This document shows, in pieces, positions 63,426-64,000 of a stretch of DNA of 64,000 nucleotides. Below the pieces are notes generated by a model. That model saw only the letters and a program-made list of their open reading frames with translations, ran no database searches and was not told where the DNA came from. The stretch's first letter is position 1. Every line of letters starts with the position of its first letter. This DNA is from a bacterium (GTDB lineage: Bacteria > UBA8248). The stretch lies in the NCBI GenBank assembly GCA_022828125.1, contig JAJEJD010000015.1:55240-119239 (forward strand), in the 5' to 3' direction. Made by a program: the position numbers and the translations under genes.

Positions 63426-64000
63426 TCAAAACCGACGCAAGATAATAAAATGCGCCAAAGATTCCAATTCTGGCGCTTTATTCGGGAAAATTTCGAGCGC
63501 TCCCAATGCCTCCTCGCAAGTGGAGCGCGCGAGTTCTTTCGATTTTTCCATACCGTACAAGGCGGGATAGGTGGCCTTGTTCAATCCCTCATCCGAGCCT
63601 ATGGGTTTTCCCATGAGGGCCTCATCGCCTTCCACGTCCAAAATGTCGTCCACGATTTGAAACGCCAGTCCTATCTTTTCGCCATAGACACGCAGCGCTT
63701 CCAATTGCGCTTCATCACCCCCGCCGAGGAGACCTCCCAGGCAAACGGAAACCCTCAATAGCGCGCCCGTCTTTCTTCTGTGGATTTCCTCCAAATGCGC
63801 CATGTCGCTCACAAGGCCATTGGCCCGGATGTCCAAAAGCTGTCCCCCCACCATACCCGTCGCGCCTGCCGCATCGGCGACCATGCGAATCGCTTTCACA
63901 TGACGCCCAGGCGAAACCTTCGCACCCATTTGTTCATTCGCCATCAATTCGAAGGCCAGGGCCTGCAACCCGTCACCCGCGAGAATCGCCGCCGCCTCCC
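63426..64000 (-). CDS. ispA: Geranyltranstransferase/polyprenyl synthase (5' part outside window)
   Basis: GQLLD, KTGAL, FQIVDDILD, GK..GSD; upstream of dxs. Confidence 0.93.
   Translation of the reverse strand, partial: EAAAILAGDGLQALAFELMANEQMGAKVSPGRHVKAIRMVADAAGATGMVGGQLLDIRANGLVSDMAHLEEIHRRKTGALLRVSVCLGGLLGGGDEAQLEALRVYGEKIGLAFQIVDDILDVEGDEALMGKPIGSDEGLNKATYPALYGMEKSKELARSTCEEALGALEIFPNKAPELESLAHFIILRRF

Overview
A GC-rich bacterial chromosome window, mostly metabolic and housekeeping genes: gltBD with a divergent LysR, metF, a Mn-type SOD, fumC, acnA, rlmN, tlyA, dxs, ispA, two tRNAs, tandem CocE/NonD hydrolases and a MaoC/acyl-CoA cluster. There are two accessory regions. The main one (about 5.85-17.0 kb) is a stripped Mu-like prophage backbone on the minus strand: an HTH gene, endolysin, holin, gp26-like and gp27/DUF3486-like genes, with no integrase, terminase large subunit or capsid. 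The most striking feature lies directly downstream of the DUF3486-like gene. It is an array of four low-GC toxin-antitoxin-like cassettes. Two extra 136-bp copies of the 3' end of that gene separate the first three cassettes, and conserved left and right boundary motifs frame them. The copies differ mostly by synonymous changes and all start at the same GGAC/GGCC junction, which fits serial site-specific cassette capture with 3'-end replacement. Other observations: a CxxU AhpD/CMD-family selenoprotein with a SECIS-like hairpin; a phased ~55-bp operator-like motif shared by the prophage remnant and a locus 33 kb away; an isolated phage tail-fibre-like gene; two apparent non-canonical start codons (ATC, ACG); a RAYT transposase with REPs translated inside it; and MITEs with shared ends but different interiors. 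All protein family calls come from motif recognition by eye, not database searches.
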